A DNA stretch of 64,000 nt from Somniosus microcephalus (Eukaryota). Made by a program: the position numbers and the translations under genes. Position 1 is the first letter of the stretch. Each line of letters opens with the position of its first letter. The DNA is taken from contig CM126204.1 of NCBI GenBank assembly GCA_052327205.1, forward strand, positions 28,458,001-28,522,000, in the 5' to 3' direction. The notes beneath the pieces were generated by a model. That model was not told where the DNA came from and searched no databases. It was given only the letters and a program-made list of their open reading frames with translations. Shown here in pieces: positions 49,272-62,214 of the stretch.

Positions 49272-50876
49272 ACTGGTAAGATCAGCTATGATCTCAGACG
49301 AAGATCAGCCATGATCTCATTGAATGGCGGAGCAGGCTCGAAGGGCCGAATGGCCTACTCCTGTTCCTATCTCTATGTTTGTTCTTTGCTAACTGCCATG
49401 CTACTGTACTTAAGATTGACTGAAATCTGGATTATGATCGTCTCTGATGAGGATTGAAATTGGGATTGGAAAATGCTATGCACAGGATTGAGACTGACTT
49501 GTATAATGAATTAATCCATCACTGCCATGAAAGCATTACAATAGCCATACAAGTTGGTGTTCTGTAAAAAAAAAGTAACAGCTTGTAATGAAAAATAACT
49601 GGGGAAGACACACCAAGGGGATTCATAACCTATTGATAGTTGTAAAATCACCTGGGATAAATTAGTGTTACAACATGCTTTGTTTAAAATGTTTATGCCT
49701 GCATGAATGCAAGGTTCCAATTTGCTTTCTGATTGGTTGCTAATCACATGGCTAACAGGGACCAATCCAACCAGAGAATTACATTCTGCACGCGCTGTAA
49801 AGCACTTTAGGGTGTGAAAGGGGTGCTATGAATGCAAGTTTGTTCTTTACAACACACGGAAGGCAGCCATTATAGATTCACACCACCAAATATTGAAGTT
49901 GAAACAAGTAACAATTTAAAAAGTTGTAACTGCAAACATGTAAAAATTCATGTCAACTGCTCAATTCCATTTTTAAAAATTACCCATAATTAACATCATG
50001 AGATTAACTAGTCTGCAAAGTAAAAAAAGTTTACAAATAAAACTATGGGTTAATTTTTTCTCGTACATGGAATGTTAGCAGCGATGGCAAGGAGAAACAG
50101 TAGTTGCCGCCAATGATTATGCACGGTCATCGTGCTGCTCCTCGTGGAATGCACCACAGGAATCTTCAGAAATAAATAATTACAACATTAAAAAAGAGTT
50201 AATCTATTCCCGTCTAGTCACATGGATAAAGCTGGTACTCAACTTCTTGGCAAGACTGCCCACTCAACTCAGCAAGTCTTACTTTACAAATGGCTTTGCT
50301 CACAAGCCCACTCTGCGAGAGGCGGCCAACCATTCATGTGTATTTAATCAAAACTAATTCTCCCCATTACTGAAACATAAACTTACATTAACCTGACTTG
50401 TGCATGATTTATTAGTTGGATTGCTGAAGGGAGTATTCTAAATGACCTTTGAAAGATTTATGCAAAAATAAACCAGTTATTCAATTTGATTAAAAAGAGA
50501 GTGGCCTTCGAATCAGGGTAGGCCATCTTCATGTCCATCCATTTACATAGCCAACCACTGGAAAATAACACAGAGGCAGGCAGCTTTGACCCCCAGAAGC
50601 CCCTACCACTTTTCTCTCCACTGTAGAGCCTATCAGCAACATTTCTCCATCCAGTGCCCATGTCGAAGGCTGTGTGGTTTACTGTGACTGTCTTAAGAAA
50701 ATTTCCATAGTCACTTTCCAATTCTTCTTTAAACTTCTCTATTTGAGGGCAGGGACTGTGACCTTATTAGAAAGCCAGATGGGCTGTTTATATCCTGAAC
50801 TGAAACATTTAATGGTTTCAAAAATATATACAGGTTAGCTAGCCTTTTCTAGGGTCATCTGCATGGACAAAACCAT

Positions 50877-51731
50877 GGGGTTGATTTTTGTGGAGCCGTC
50901 AGGCGGGGTTTCAGGCGTGTGGGGGGGGGGGGGGGGGGGGGGGAAATCCAGAATTCAGGGGTCCCGACACCATCCCGCCCAAAACCCCGCTCCACGCAAC
51001 TTTCAGAGGCGGCAGGTACCCGCCCCGCAATGGGACCCGCCGAAACCAGACGGGAAGGGATTAGTGCCAATTAACTGCCTGTTAACAGGTAGTTAACAGG
51101 CAGTTTTTAACCTAATCCCTATTTTGAGGGGTTTCGTGTGGGATTCCCGATGGCTCCAAACCACGCCAGGTTAGAGCAGGCGGGCCGTCGGGTTGAAGGA
51201 GTTGGAGGGGTCGCAATGTCGGTGCTCAGGTGAGTGATGGGTGCATGAGTGCAAAAGTAAGTGTGTTTGGTGTGTCTAAAGTGTGTAAAGAACTTTTACT
51301 TACCTGTACTTACCTTAACAGCCTTTCTTCCTGCAGGCGTCGGGAGCCCATCACTCAGCCGGCACGTAAAGCTGAACGGCTGCGATCTGTGAAAAGTGAC
51401 AGCCTTCAGCTTTGAGTGCTGCCGAGAGTTCTAACTGAGTCTGTGCAGAATGACTCATGTTAGATCTCAGACTGTCAGTGTTTGACAGCTTCAAACAGCT
51501 GTGAAACACTGATATTTCATCTGTCAAGAACTCTTGGCAGATGAAATTGCAGTCTGTGACGTCACCTGTTGCCAGGTGGCCCTTAATTGGCCTGCTGAGC
51601 CCGCTGGGCGGGCTCAACAAGGTCAATCAAGGGAAAACCGCGCGGATTGGCCGGACGTCGAAGTAGGCGGGTCTAAAATCCGAAAGTTGTAGTCCCGCCT
51701 TCTTCCCGACAGCTTCAGGAAAATCGACCCC
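50877..51731. mobile_element. GC-rich Harbinger-like MITE
   Basis: CAT|GGGGTTGATTTT...AAAATCGACCCC|CAT: 12-bp TIR (one mismatch) and 3-bp TSD. Confidence 0.8.
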
Positions 51732-53305
51732 CATGTCTCTATCACTGTCAAATCAACCTGCTGACAGCTGAAGATTCTGATTTGTTTCGATTGGTGGCTT
51801 TAGGTGAACTATCAGTGACAAATTTTCTACCAGATTGATGTATTATGTGGTATAGTTAAACCACACAACCACCATCCTGATAACAGGGATACAACTGGCA
51901 TTACATTGCAGTCACGCTGCTAAACGCCAACCAGTTGAACAGTTTACGGCTCCACTACAATGTTCAATACATTAATTAATCAGGGTTCATTTTGATGACC
52001 GAGATTATTTTTAACTTGACAAAAATTATTGTTTTTTTAAAAAAATGCTCCGATTCTGTATTCCAAGTTCTTTCTGTAGCTGTCTTACAGGGTTTTAGGA
52101 TAATTTTCTCTCTGATCCTTTTAATATTCTCTGGCCGTTCCTTTGCTCTCTCTTGCTGGTCCCATTCGGACATTTATCATCTCCCAGCCTGTTTGCTACT
52201 CTTGCGCTGCATTTATGGCTATTTCCCTTTTGCTCCATAGCTGCCCGATTGAACTTTATTATGCTGCTTTCCCTTCTCTTTAATGTTGTTTGTTTGTTTC
52301 TCTGGCTGTTTTTATGGCCACTTACTGGTCTCTGTGCTGCCATTTACTATTTTTAACAACTGCTCTCCAATCCCTCGGATGTCATGTCCCTATAAACGCT
52401 GTTCATATTAGCAATTATAAGTCAGGGGCTGACATCGACTCACCCATCCAATGATTGGCAGAATATGTTGACACATTGTGTTTTCCAAGTCTGCTCTGGG
52501 AAAAGTAAAACCACTTTTAATTTGGAGATTATGCAATTAAACCGTCACCAAAATTTGCGGTCATATACCAGTCCCATTCTGCCAACTGAAGCACATTAGA
52601 CACGAGGCTGCAGTTGGGAGTGTTGTCTGCATTTTTCAGCACCCCAGTATAGGAAAGGGTAATAAAAGCAAAAGAAAGGGTATAGCATAAAGTCACTTGG
52701 GTGTTACTGGGACAGGTTATGGGCATGAAAACAGACTCGAGAAGTGAAGGCTTTTTCAGCAGAGCTGAGAGATTAAGGGGTGAACTGAGGGAGATGCTCA
52801 AGATTATGAAGGGTTTTAGCGCAAATAATCATCACTTGTTTCCACTGGTCGATGAAACGGCAGGAAGAGAGCACAAAGTTCAATACTCACAAAGTATTAA
52901 AGGGGAGGTTAGAAGAAAAATTCTCTGCAAACTGTCGTTGAAGCAGAATCTATTTTTTTTCCTCAGTGAGAATTAGATTGAATCAGTGTCTATGAATGCA
53001 ACTATCACAGTAATTTATAGAAATCATGCCTTTTAAAAAAATTAGGGCTTTTTGATAAATGCATAATATGGACATTTGTAGAGATATGTACACAATGTAC
53101 AGGAGCCTTTTTTTGTTATACATGTGAAGCTTTCTTTCAAATTTAAAAAATACCGGTCCTATAGCTTGAAAGGCACAAAATACTCCACAAATTTTGCAGG
53201 AAATCTCCTGGTTTAAATATTAGGATATACATGTTAAAAATGGGGTAGTTAGGAGTAAGGAGGAAAGTCAGGTGGAACTTTTTCCACCCAGAGTTGTGCA
53301 ATAAG

Positions 53306-54770
53306 TTTTTTTTTATTCATTGATGGGATGTGGGCGTCGCTGGCTAGGCCTGCATTTAGTGCCCATCCCTAATTGTCCTTGAGAAGATGGTGGTGAGCCA
53401 CCTTCTTGAACCGCTGCAGTCCATATGGTGTAGGTACACCCACAATGCTGTTAGGAAGGGAGTTCCAGGATTTTGGCCCAGCGACAGTGAAGGAACGGCG
53501 ATACAGGTCCAAGTCAGGATGGTGTGTGGCTTGGAGGGGAACTTGTAGGTGGTGATGTTCCCATGCGTCTGCTGCCCTTGTCCTTCTAAGTGGTAGAGGT
53601 CGCGGGTTTGGAAGGTGCTGTTGAAGGAGCTTTGGCGAGTTGCTGCAGTGCATCTTGTAGATGGTACACACTGCAGCCACAGTGCGCCGGTGGTGGAGGG
53701 AGTGAATGTTGAAGGTGGTGGATGGAGTGCCAATCAAGCGGGCTGCTTTATCCTGAATGGTGTCGAGCTTCTTGAGGGTTGTTGGAGCTGCACTCATCCA
53801 GGCAAGTGGAGAGTATTCCATCACACTCCTGACTTGTGCCTTGTAGATGGTGGAAAGGCTTTGGGGAGTCAGGAGGTGAGACACTCGCCGCAAAATTCCC
53901 AGCCTCTGGCCTGCTCTTGTAGCCACAGTATTTATATGGCTGGTCCAGTTCAGTTTCTGATCAATGGTAACCCCCAGGATGTTGATCGTGGGGGATTCAG
54001 CGATGGTAATGCCATTGAATGTCAAGGGGAGATGGTTAGAGTCTCGCTTGTTGGAGATGGTCATTGCCTGGCACTTGTGTGGTGCGAATGTTACTTGCCA
54101 CTTGTCAGCCCAAGTCTGAATGTTGTCCAGGTCTTGCTGCATATGGACACGGACTGCGTCAGTATCCGACGAGTCTCGAATGGTGCTGAACAGTGTGCAA
54201 TCATCAGCGAACATCCCCACTTCTGACCTTATGATGGAGGGAAGGTCATTGATGAAACAGCTGAAGATGGTTGGGCCTAGGACACTGCCCTGAGGAACTC
54301 CTGCAGCGATGTCATGTGATTGAGATGAATGACCTCCAACAACCACAGCCAACTTCCTTTGTGCTAGGTATGATTCCAACCAATGGAGCGTTTTCCCCTT
54401 GATGCCACACTCGGTCAAATGCTGCCTTGATGTCAAGGGCAGTCACTCTCACCTCACCTCTTGAGTTCAGCTCTTTTGTCCATGTTTGAACCAAGGCTGT
54501 AATGAGGTCAGGAGCTGAGTGGTCCTGGCAGAACCCAAACTGGGCGTCAGTTAGCAGGTTATCGCTGAGTAAGTGCCGCTTGATAGCACTGTCGACGACA
54601 CCTTCCATCACTTTGCTGATGATTGAGAGTAGACTGATGGGACGGTAATTGGCCGGGTCGGATTTGTCCTTTTTGTAGACAGGACATACTTGGGCAATTT
54701 TCCACATTGCCGGGTAGATGCCAGTGTTGTAGCTGTACTGGAACAGCTTGGCTAGGGGCGCAGCTAGTTG
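53306..54770 (-). mobile_element. 5'-truncated non-LTR retrotransposon (CR1/Jockey group, distinct from the main CR1 family)
   Basis: RT ORFs 54312-54953 (NYRPISLL, LDIKAAFDRVWH) and 53369-54436 ([14 protein letters not shown]); poly(A) tail. Confidence 0.9.
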
Positions 54771-54839
54771 CCAGGAAGAGTCATTAAACCAAATAGTATA
54801 AATACATTCAAGAGCCAATGCATTATATAGAGGGAAAGA

Positions 54840-57610
54840 TTTGAGGTATATGATGGGTAGATGGTCTATGAAAAAGGGATCTATTTGTTTGAGACTTGGT
54901 AGGAGACAGAGTAGGAATAAACGATTTGTTCTCGGATTGGAGAGATGTGACAAGCAGTGTTCCCCGGGGATCTGTATTGGGGCCTCAGCTTTTTACCATA
55001 TAAATTAATTGCTTGGTTAGAGGAAGAGAGACGTGTATACCCAAGTTTACAGATAACACCACATTAGGATGCACCATGTGTGGATGCACAGAGGAAGCTA
55101 CAAAGGGATATTGACAAACTAAGTTAGTGGACACACTATGGCAGATGAAGTTTAATGTGGGGAAGTGTGAGGTCATCCACTCTGGATCCGAGAAGGGCAA
55201 ATTGGAATATTTTTATAATGGTGAGAGAATAGGAGCTGTGGAAAAGCAATGGGATTTAGGTGACCATGTACACAAATCATTAAAACCTACTCTGCAGGTA
55301 AAAGTAGTACGAACTCCGGGAAAGATATATTGTCCTTGGAAGGGGTACAGCACCAGACGTATACCAACAACAATTTGTATTTATATAGCGCCTTTAACGT
55401 AGTAAAATGCCCCAAAGTGCTTCAAAGGAGCATTATAAGACAAAAAAATGTGACACCGAGCCACATAAGGAGAAATTAGGGCAGGTGACCAAAAGCTTGG
55501 TCAAAGAGGTAGGTTTTAAGGAGCGTCTTCAAGGAGGAAAGAGAGAGGTAGCGAGGCAGAGAGGTTTAGGCAGGGAATTCCAGAGCTTAGGGCAGAGGCA
55601 ACAGAAGCCAAGGCCACCAATGGTTGAGCGATTATAATCAGGGATGCTCAAGGAGGGCAAAATTAGAGGAGCGGCGATATCTCAGGGGGGTTGTGGGGCT
55701 GAAGGGGATTACAGAGATAGGGAGGGGCGAGGCTTTGAAAACAAGGATGAGAATTTTGAAATCGAGGCGTTGCTTAACTGGAAGCCAATGTAGGTTAGTA
55801 AGCACAGCGGTGATGGGCGAACGGGACTTGGTGCGAGTTAGGACACGGGCAGCCAAGTTTTGGATCATCTCAAGTTTACATAGGGTAGAATGTGAGCGGT
55901 CAGCCAGGAGTGTGTTGGAGTAGTCAAGTCTAGAGGCTACAAAGGCATGGATGAGGGTTTCAGCAGCGGATGAGCTGAGGCAAGGGCGGAGACGGGCGAT
56001 GTTACGGAGGTGGAAATAGGCAGTCTTTGTTATGCTGCGGATGTGGTTGGAAGCTCAGTTCAGGATCAAATATGACAAACAAGGTTGTGAACAGTGTGGT
56101 TCAGCCTCAGACAGATGTTAGGGAGAAGGATGGAGTCAGTGGCTAGGGAACGGAGTTTGTGGCGGGGACCGGAAACATTGGCTTTGGTCTTCCCAATATA
56201 CCAGGGTTTAAAGGATTACGTTGAAACATGGGACATAGAAATTACTAGATAAAAAATTCAAATGTCCATCTATTTCACCTTCTCCCATCCTGGTAGTCGC
56301 AGGATACAACGATAATCAAGTTGTTGCCTAATCATAACAATCAATCTCTATCAATTAGTCTACAGCAGACCGAGACATGAGGCAAGGGAACCCCACCCCC
56401 CAGTGGTGGAAAGCATAGGTCCAAAGTCACCTGTTCCTCCCAAGCATGATACACTTACCACATCATGTCTCAAATTACTCATGTACTGTATCCCGAAATA
56501 TTTATTTATGAAAGAAATCTATCTAATTTGCATTTGAATGAATCAATACTATCAGCTTCCACCATCCCCCTGGGTGCCTGTTCCATTACTTGATCGCTCG
56601 CTCTCTGATTAGTTTTGATTTCAGAATACTCCTCTTCAAGCGTAGGCCCTGTCCTTTGATTCTTCTATTCTGGACAAGATGAAACAGCTTGTCACGGTCT
56701 ACATTATCTCATTCCTTTAGAAAACTAAAAAGAGCAATTAATCACCTCTCAACCTTCTCTTTTCCAGTGAGAACATATCCAATTTGCACAATCGCTCCTC
56801 ATAATCCAATTCCTCCATCCCCTCAATCATCTGGTTGCTCTCTTCTGTATCCTTTCAATAGCTGCAATATCTTTTCTGAGGCAACCAGAACTGTACATAG
56901 AATTCAAAGTGCGGTCGCACCAATGATTCATAAAGTGGCAGGATTACCTCGTTATTTCAGCTCAATATTGACCTTTTAATACATACCAATATCAGGTTTG
57001 ATTTACTCACTGCCACTGAGCATTGTTGCAATAGCTTCAATTTATTGTCAGTAAGGACTCCGAGATCTATTTCATTTTCCAGTCACATTATTTTCTTTCC
57101 ATTTAAGTAATAGTCCCTTCCTGGATTTTATTTGTCCTTACGTGAAGCATTTTGCAAATTCCGTTTTGAAGTCCTCACTCTGCTGTGCTCGAGTCCTGGG
57201 TTAAATTATGAGGATTGTCCCAATATCTATTTACGTGGCTCGGTGTCAAATTTTGTCTGAGAACGCTCCTGTGAAGCGCCCTGGGAACTTTTTTTTAAAT
57301 ATGCTTTATAAATGCAAGTAGTTGTTGTGGTTGCATAAACTTGGCTTATATACCCTTGATTATAGAAGATTGAAGGGTGATCTGATCGAGCCATTTAAAA
57401 TGTTAAAAGGATTTGATCTGGTGGGGGAATCCAGAACAAGAGGGCATAATCTTAAAATTAGAAATGAGAAAGCACTTTTTTCCACAGAAACAGTAGTGCA
57501 AATCTGTAACTTGCTCCCACAAAATGCTGTTGAAAATTTCAATTCACCCAGCATCAAGACCAAGATTGCGAGATTTTTGTTTGGCAAGGGTGTCAAAAGG
57601 ATACATCCAA
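54840..57610 (+). mobile_element. Old CR1 remnant interrupted by L2 and antisense CR1 insertions
   Basis: Decayed RT peptides at 55127-55402 and 57322-57630; sequence resumes after a TATACCA duplication. Boundaries approximate. Confidence 0.7.
55367..56196 (-). mobile_element. L2-clade LINE 3' part
   Basis: Peptide IQNLAARVLTRTKSRSPITAVLTNLHWLPVKQRLDFKIL; TSD TATACCA (55360-55366, 56197-56203). Confidence 0.88.
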
Positions 57611-58114
57611 AGAAATCTCAACGGCAGTAATTGATACTGGTGCTCCTTACTCAGTGACAGGGGAGATTATACAGAGATTTCACCAACATGAAAGAATATG
57701 GGAAACTACCACCATCATTTAGACCGGTCTACCAAACATTCTGTAGCATAATATAAAATGCTCTAGAAGACTTCCAGAACAGTTTCCATCTATGCTACAA
57801 AAGAGCAGCTTGCCAGGCTAGCATCCAAAAAGTTTAGCAACATTAGCAATGCTAATTTGAGGCAACTGTACTGATCAAAGTTGTAACATGGAGCCCAGAT
57901 ACATTTGAAAAGTGCAGCATGTTCACTTCTGGCAGGCTCTCTCTCTTCTTTAACACACGACGCAATGATGTAAATTTCACTGCAGCACATCATGTTACTT
58001 GTTCTTGATTTCACAATAATCCTGCGTTTCATCCTTCACAGTAGTTTGCCAAAAACGCTTCCATAAAGCATTGCCTTTTTAGTTTTCAGGCGGTCTGGCA
58101 TAAGCGTTCTTCAG

Positions 58115-60280
58115 CCATATGTAGGTATGAGAGGCAAGTTGGCTAAGATAGGTTGGGAAATTAGATGAACAGATATGACAGTAGAAAAGCAATGGCAAAC
58201 ATTAAAAAAAAAATCATAATTCGCAACTAATATACATTCCCTTAAGGAATAAAAACACCATGGGAAACATGGTCCACCCGTGGCTAACAAGAGAAATTAA
58301 AGATAGTATTAGATTAAAGGAAGAGGCCTATAATGCTGCCAAAAAGATTAGTAAGCCTGAGGATTGGGAGGATTTTAGAATTAAGCAGAGGACCAAGAAA
58401 TTGATAAAGAAACGGAAAATAGAAAGAGAGTAAACTAGCGAGAGACATAAAAACAGACCGTAAAAGCTTCTATAGGTATGTAAAAAGGAAAAGATTAGCA
58501 AAAGTAAACATGGGTCCCTTACAGGCTGAGACAGGAGAAATTTTTATGGGGAATAAGGAAATGGCAGAGAAATTAAACAAATTCTGTGTCTGTCTTCACA
58601 GAAGATGACGCAAAAAACATTCCGGAAATAGTGGAGAACCAAGGGTCTAGTGAGAATGAAGAACAAAAAGAAATTAGTATTAATAAGGAAATAGTGCTAG
58701 AGAAATTAATGGGACTGAAAGCCGATAAATCCCCTGGACCTGATGGCCTACACCCTAGGGTTTTGAAAGAGGTGGCTATAGAGATAGTGGGTGCATTGGT
58801 TGTCATTTTCCAAAATTCCATAGATTCTGGAACGGATCCTGCGGATTGGAAGATAGCAAATGTAACCCCACTACTTAAGAAATCAGGGGGAGATAAAATG
58901 GTGACAGTTACCCTGACATCAGTAGTAGGGAAAATGCTAGAATCTATTATTAAGGACGTGCTAACTTAGAAAGTAATAATAGGATTGGACAGAGTCAGCA
59001 TGGATTTATGAAAGGGAAATCGTACTTGACAAATCTGTTAAAAAAAAATTGAGGTTGTAACTAGCAGGATAGATAAGGGGGAACCAGTGGATGTAGTGTA
59101 TTTGGATTTTCAGAAGGCATTCGATAAGGTGCTACACAAGAGGTTATGGGCTCATGGGATTGGGGGTAATATACTAGCATGGATTGAGGATCGGTTAACG
59201 GACAGAAAACAGAGAGTAGGAATAAACGGTCATTTGCGGGTTGGCAGGCTGTAACTAGTGGGGTACCTCAAGGATCAGTGCTTGGGCCTCAGTTATTCAC
59301 AATCTATATCAATGATTTGGATGAGGGGAACAAATGTAATATACCCAAGTTTGCTGATGATACAAAGTTGGGTGGGAATGTTAGTTGTGAGGAGGATGCA
59401 GAGGCTTCAAGGGGATATAGGCAGGTTAAGCGAGTGGGCAAGAACACGGCAAATGGAATGTTATGTGGAGAAATGTGAAGTTAATCCACTTTGTTAGGAA
59501 AAACAGAAAAGCAGAGTATTTTTTAAACGGAGAGAGATTCGGAAATGTTGGTGTTCAGAGGGACCTGGGTGTCCTTGTACATGAATCACTGAAAGTTAAC
59601 ATGCAGGTACAGCAAGCAATTAGGAAAGCAAATGGTATGTTGACCTTTATTACAAAAGGATTTGAGTACAAGAGTAAAGACATCTTACTGCAATTATATA
59701 GGGCCCTGGTGAGACCACACCTGGAATATTGTGTACAGTTTTGGTCTCCTTACCTAAGGAAGGATATACTTGCCTTAGAGGGAGTGCAACGAAGGTTCAC
59801 CAGATTGGTTCCTGGGATGGGGGGATTGACCTATAAGGACAGACTGAGTAGACTAGGCCGATATTCTCTCGAGTTTAGAAGAATGAGAGGTGATCTCATT
59901 GAAACATACAAAATTCTTACAGGGCTTGACAGGATAGATGCAGGGAAGATGTTTCCCCTGGCTGTGGAGTCTAGAACCAGGGGTCACAGTCTTAGAATAA
60001 GGGGTCGGCTATTTAAGACTGAGATGAGGAGAAATTTTGTTCACTTAGAGGGTGGGGCACCTTTGGAATTCTCTACCCCAGAGGGCTGTGGAAGCTCAGT
60101 CATTGAGTAAATTCAAGGCCGAGATCGATAGATTTTTGGATATTAAGGTAATCAAGGGATATAGGGATAGTGCAGGAAAGTGGAGTTGAGGTAGAAGATC
60201 AGCCAATATCTTATTGAAAGGCGGAGCAGACTCGAAGGGCCGAATGGCCTACTCCTGCTCCAATTTCTGATGTTCTTATG
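58115..60280 (+). mobile_element. 5'-truncated CR1 with multiple frameshifts
   Basis: ORFs 58586-58969, 59278-59478 and 59463-60110 plus a CR1 tail. Confidence 0.93.
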
Positions 60281-61772
60281 TAACATGCATTCATTTGCCA
60301 CATTAAAATTTTTGGTCTCTGCTGCTCCCTGATGTATACAGAATGCAATTTCTTTAGAAATAGCAATGGAGATGAAATAGGTTGACAACAGAAAAGGAAA
60401 CACAAAGGTGACTCCATCACGAGCAGCTGCTCCGTTGGTTTTAATAATTATAGATCATAAATGTTTTTTTATAACAGTTTATATACAGAACAGAAAATGG
60501 TAAATTACTTTATGTAAAAGCAATTCATATTTCATATGTACAGCCCACTACTGTAATACCGTTGTGGAAAGTGGAATAAAGCGATGGGAAATTTTACTCA
60601 GATTCCACAGTTAAGTCCACACACTGCAACAAGCAACTAATGGGGGTGGGGGAGAAGAGAAGCGGCATTTTCTCTGCTCCATCAGCCATCAAGCTGCACT
60701 TGAGACAGGTTCTAAATAATTAAATACAGGAGCAAGAGATCAACTGGCATCTGATCAAACTTAAATATAGTGGACGATACAATCTTTGAACAGGGCTTCT
60801 GCATTTAATCCACGGAGAGGCTATCCCGGTGCCTCAGTTGGTAAAGCCATTCAGCTATTCTCCCAATTGCCAGTTATTGTTAAAGTGTCCCCGTCGATGC
60901 ACAGGATAAAGCCATGATCGGACTTCACGGTGACCTTCCCCTACTCCCATCAAACAGTGCTTAAAGAGAGAAAATAATTGGATTCTTGCTTTAAATTGAG
61001 CTTAGTGCATCCCAAAAGTCAAATACGTTCAAATCTATTGGGTGTGTGGGGGGGGGGTGAAAATGGATTGAACAAAAAAAGCGCTATATCCGCAAATAAA
61101 CCACATAATGTATTCTCATTTAAAATTTCTGACAAAATTAATTGGACTACATTCACAAATAAGAAGCAGCCACATTAAAGCGCACTTCCATGTCTCTGTG
61201 TTATGCAAGGTTTCATTAGATTTGAAGAACACTCACTCTTCAGCAATGTCAGCAGTAAAATAAACAGCTGCACTTTATACAATTTTTGCAATTCAAATGG
61301 CCGAGTATAAAAGAAGCAGCTTAGCAGATTTCCTGCATCTTGTAACCTTCTACAACATCTGAACTCTTACCAAAAAAAACCAAGACTTGATAGTACAGTA
61401 CCTTGAATTAGCATAATCTCTATTTAGTACAGGAAACAGCTAATGAGTCCATCTACAATTTAGCCTCCAACAAACCAAATATAGAAACCAACAATTATAG
61501 CTCCTTAAAATAGAAAGCATTACTGCTTCATTATTACCGTGACCCCTCTTTAAATGAGTGAGAAAAAGAGAGGAAGAGAGAGAGAGAGAGAGAAAAAGGA
61601 GTAATATTAAAATAACTTGTGAATTTTAAATAGCACATGCGGGTCCCAGAGGAAGTGCTGGATCTGGGGCACAGTGGAAGAAATTCTGTCAAAGAATGGG
61701 AAATGTGTCAGTCAGCTACTGGAAAGACATGATTGGCTCTCTGGGAGCTTCTTCTGGCGAATCCCTTTTCAA

Positions 61773-62214
61773 ACAAAGAAAGACTCGCATTTATATGGCG
61801 CCTTTCACGACCATCGGACGTCCCAAAGCACTTTACAGCCAATGAAGAACTTCTTGAAGTGTAGTCACTGTTGTAATGTAGGAAACGCGGCAGCCAATTT
61901 GCGCACAGCAAGCTCCCACAAACAACAATGTGATAATGAGCAGATAATCTCGGTTTGTGAAGCTGGTCGAGGGATAAATGTTGGCCAGGACACCGGGGCG
62001 AACTCCCCTGCTCTTCTTCAAAATGGTGCCATAGGGCAGACGGGGACTCGGTTTAACGTCTCATCTGAAAGACGGCACCTCCGACAGTGCAGCACTCCCC
62101 CAGTACTGCACTGGAGTGTCAGCCTAGATTTGTGCTCAAGTCTTTGGAGTGGGATTTGAACCCACAACCTTCTGACTCAGAGGCGAGGGTGCTACCCACT
62201 GATCCACAGCTGAC
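61773..62214 (-). mobile_element. Deu-SINE, full length
   Basis: Head TGTCAGCTGTGGATCAGTGGGTAGCAC..GGGTTCAAATCCC on the minus strand, Deu block and tail. Confidence 0.9.

Larger units (their letters stand above)
44429..49380 (+). mobile_element. Apparently full-length CR1 LINE, antisense in a TARBP1 intron
   Basis: GC-rich repeated 5' region, ORF1, ORF2 (APE+RT) and CR1 3' tail, all collinear. Confidence 0.93.

Noticed and set aside
58040-58110. Minus-strand LMPDR peptide as a candidate upstream TARBP1 exon
   Set aside because: Similarity ends after four residues, a stop follows, and there are no suitable splice sites. No further exon was found in 42888-64000.
61235-61365. Open frame ending at a GTGAGT donor on the minus strand
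   Set aside because: The peptide does not resemble the expected TARBP1 segment and there is no convincing acceptor.
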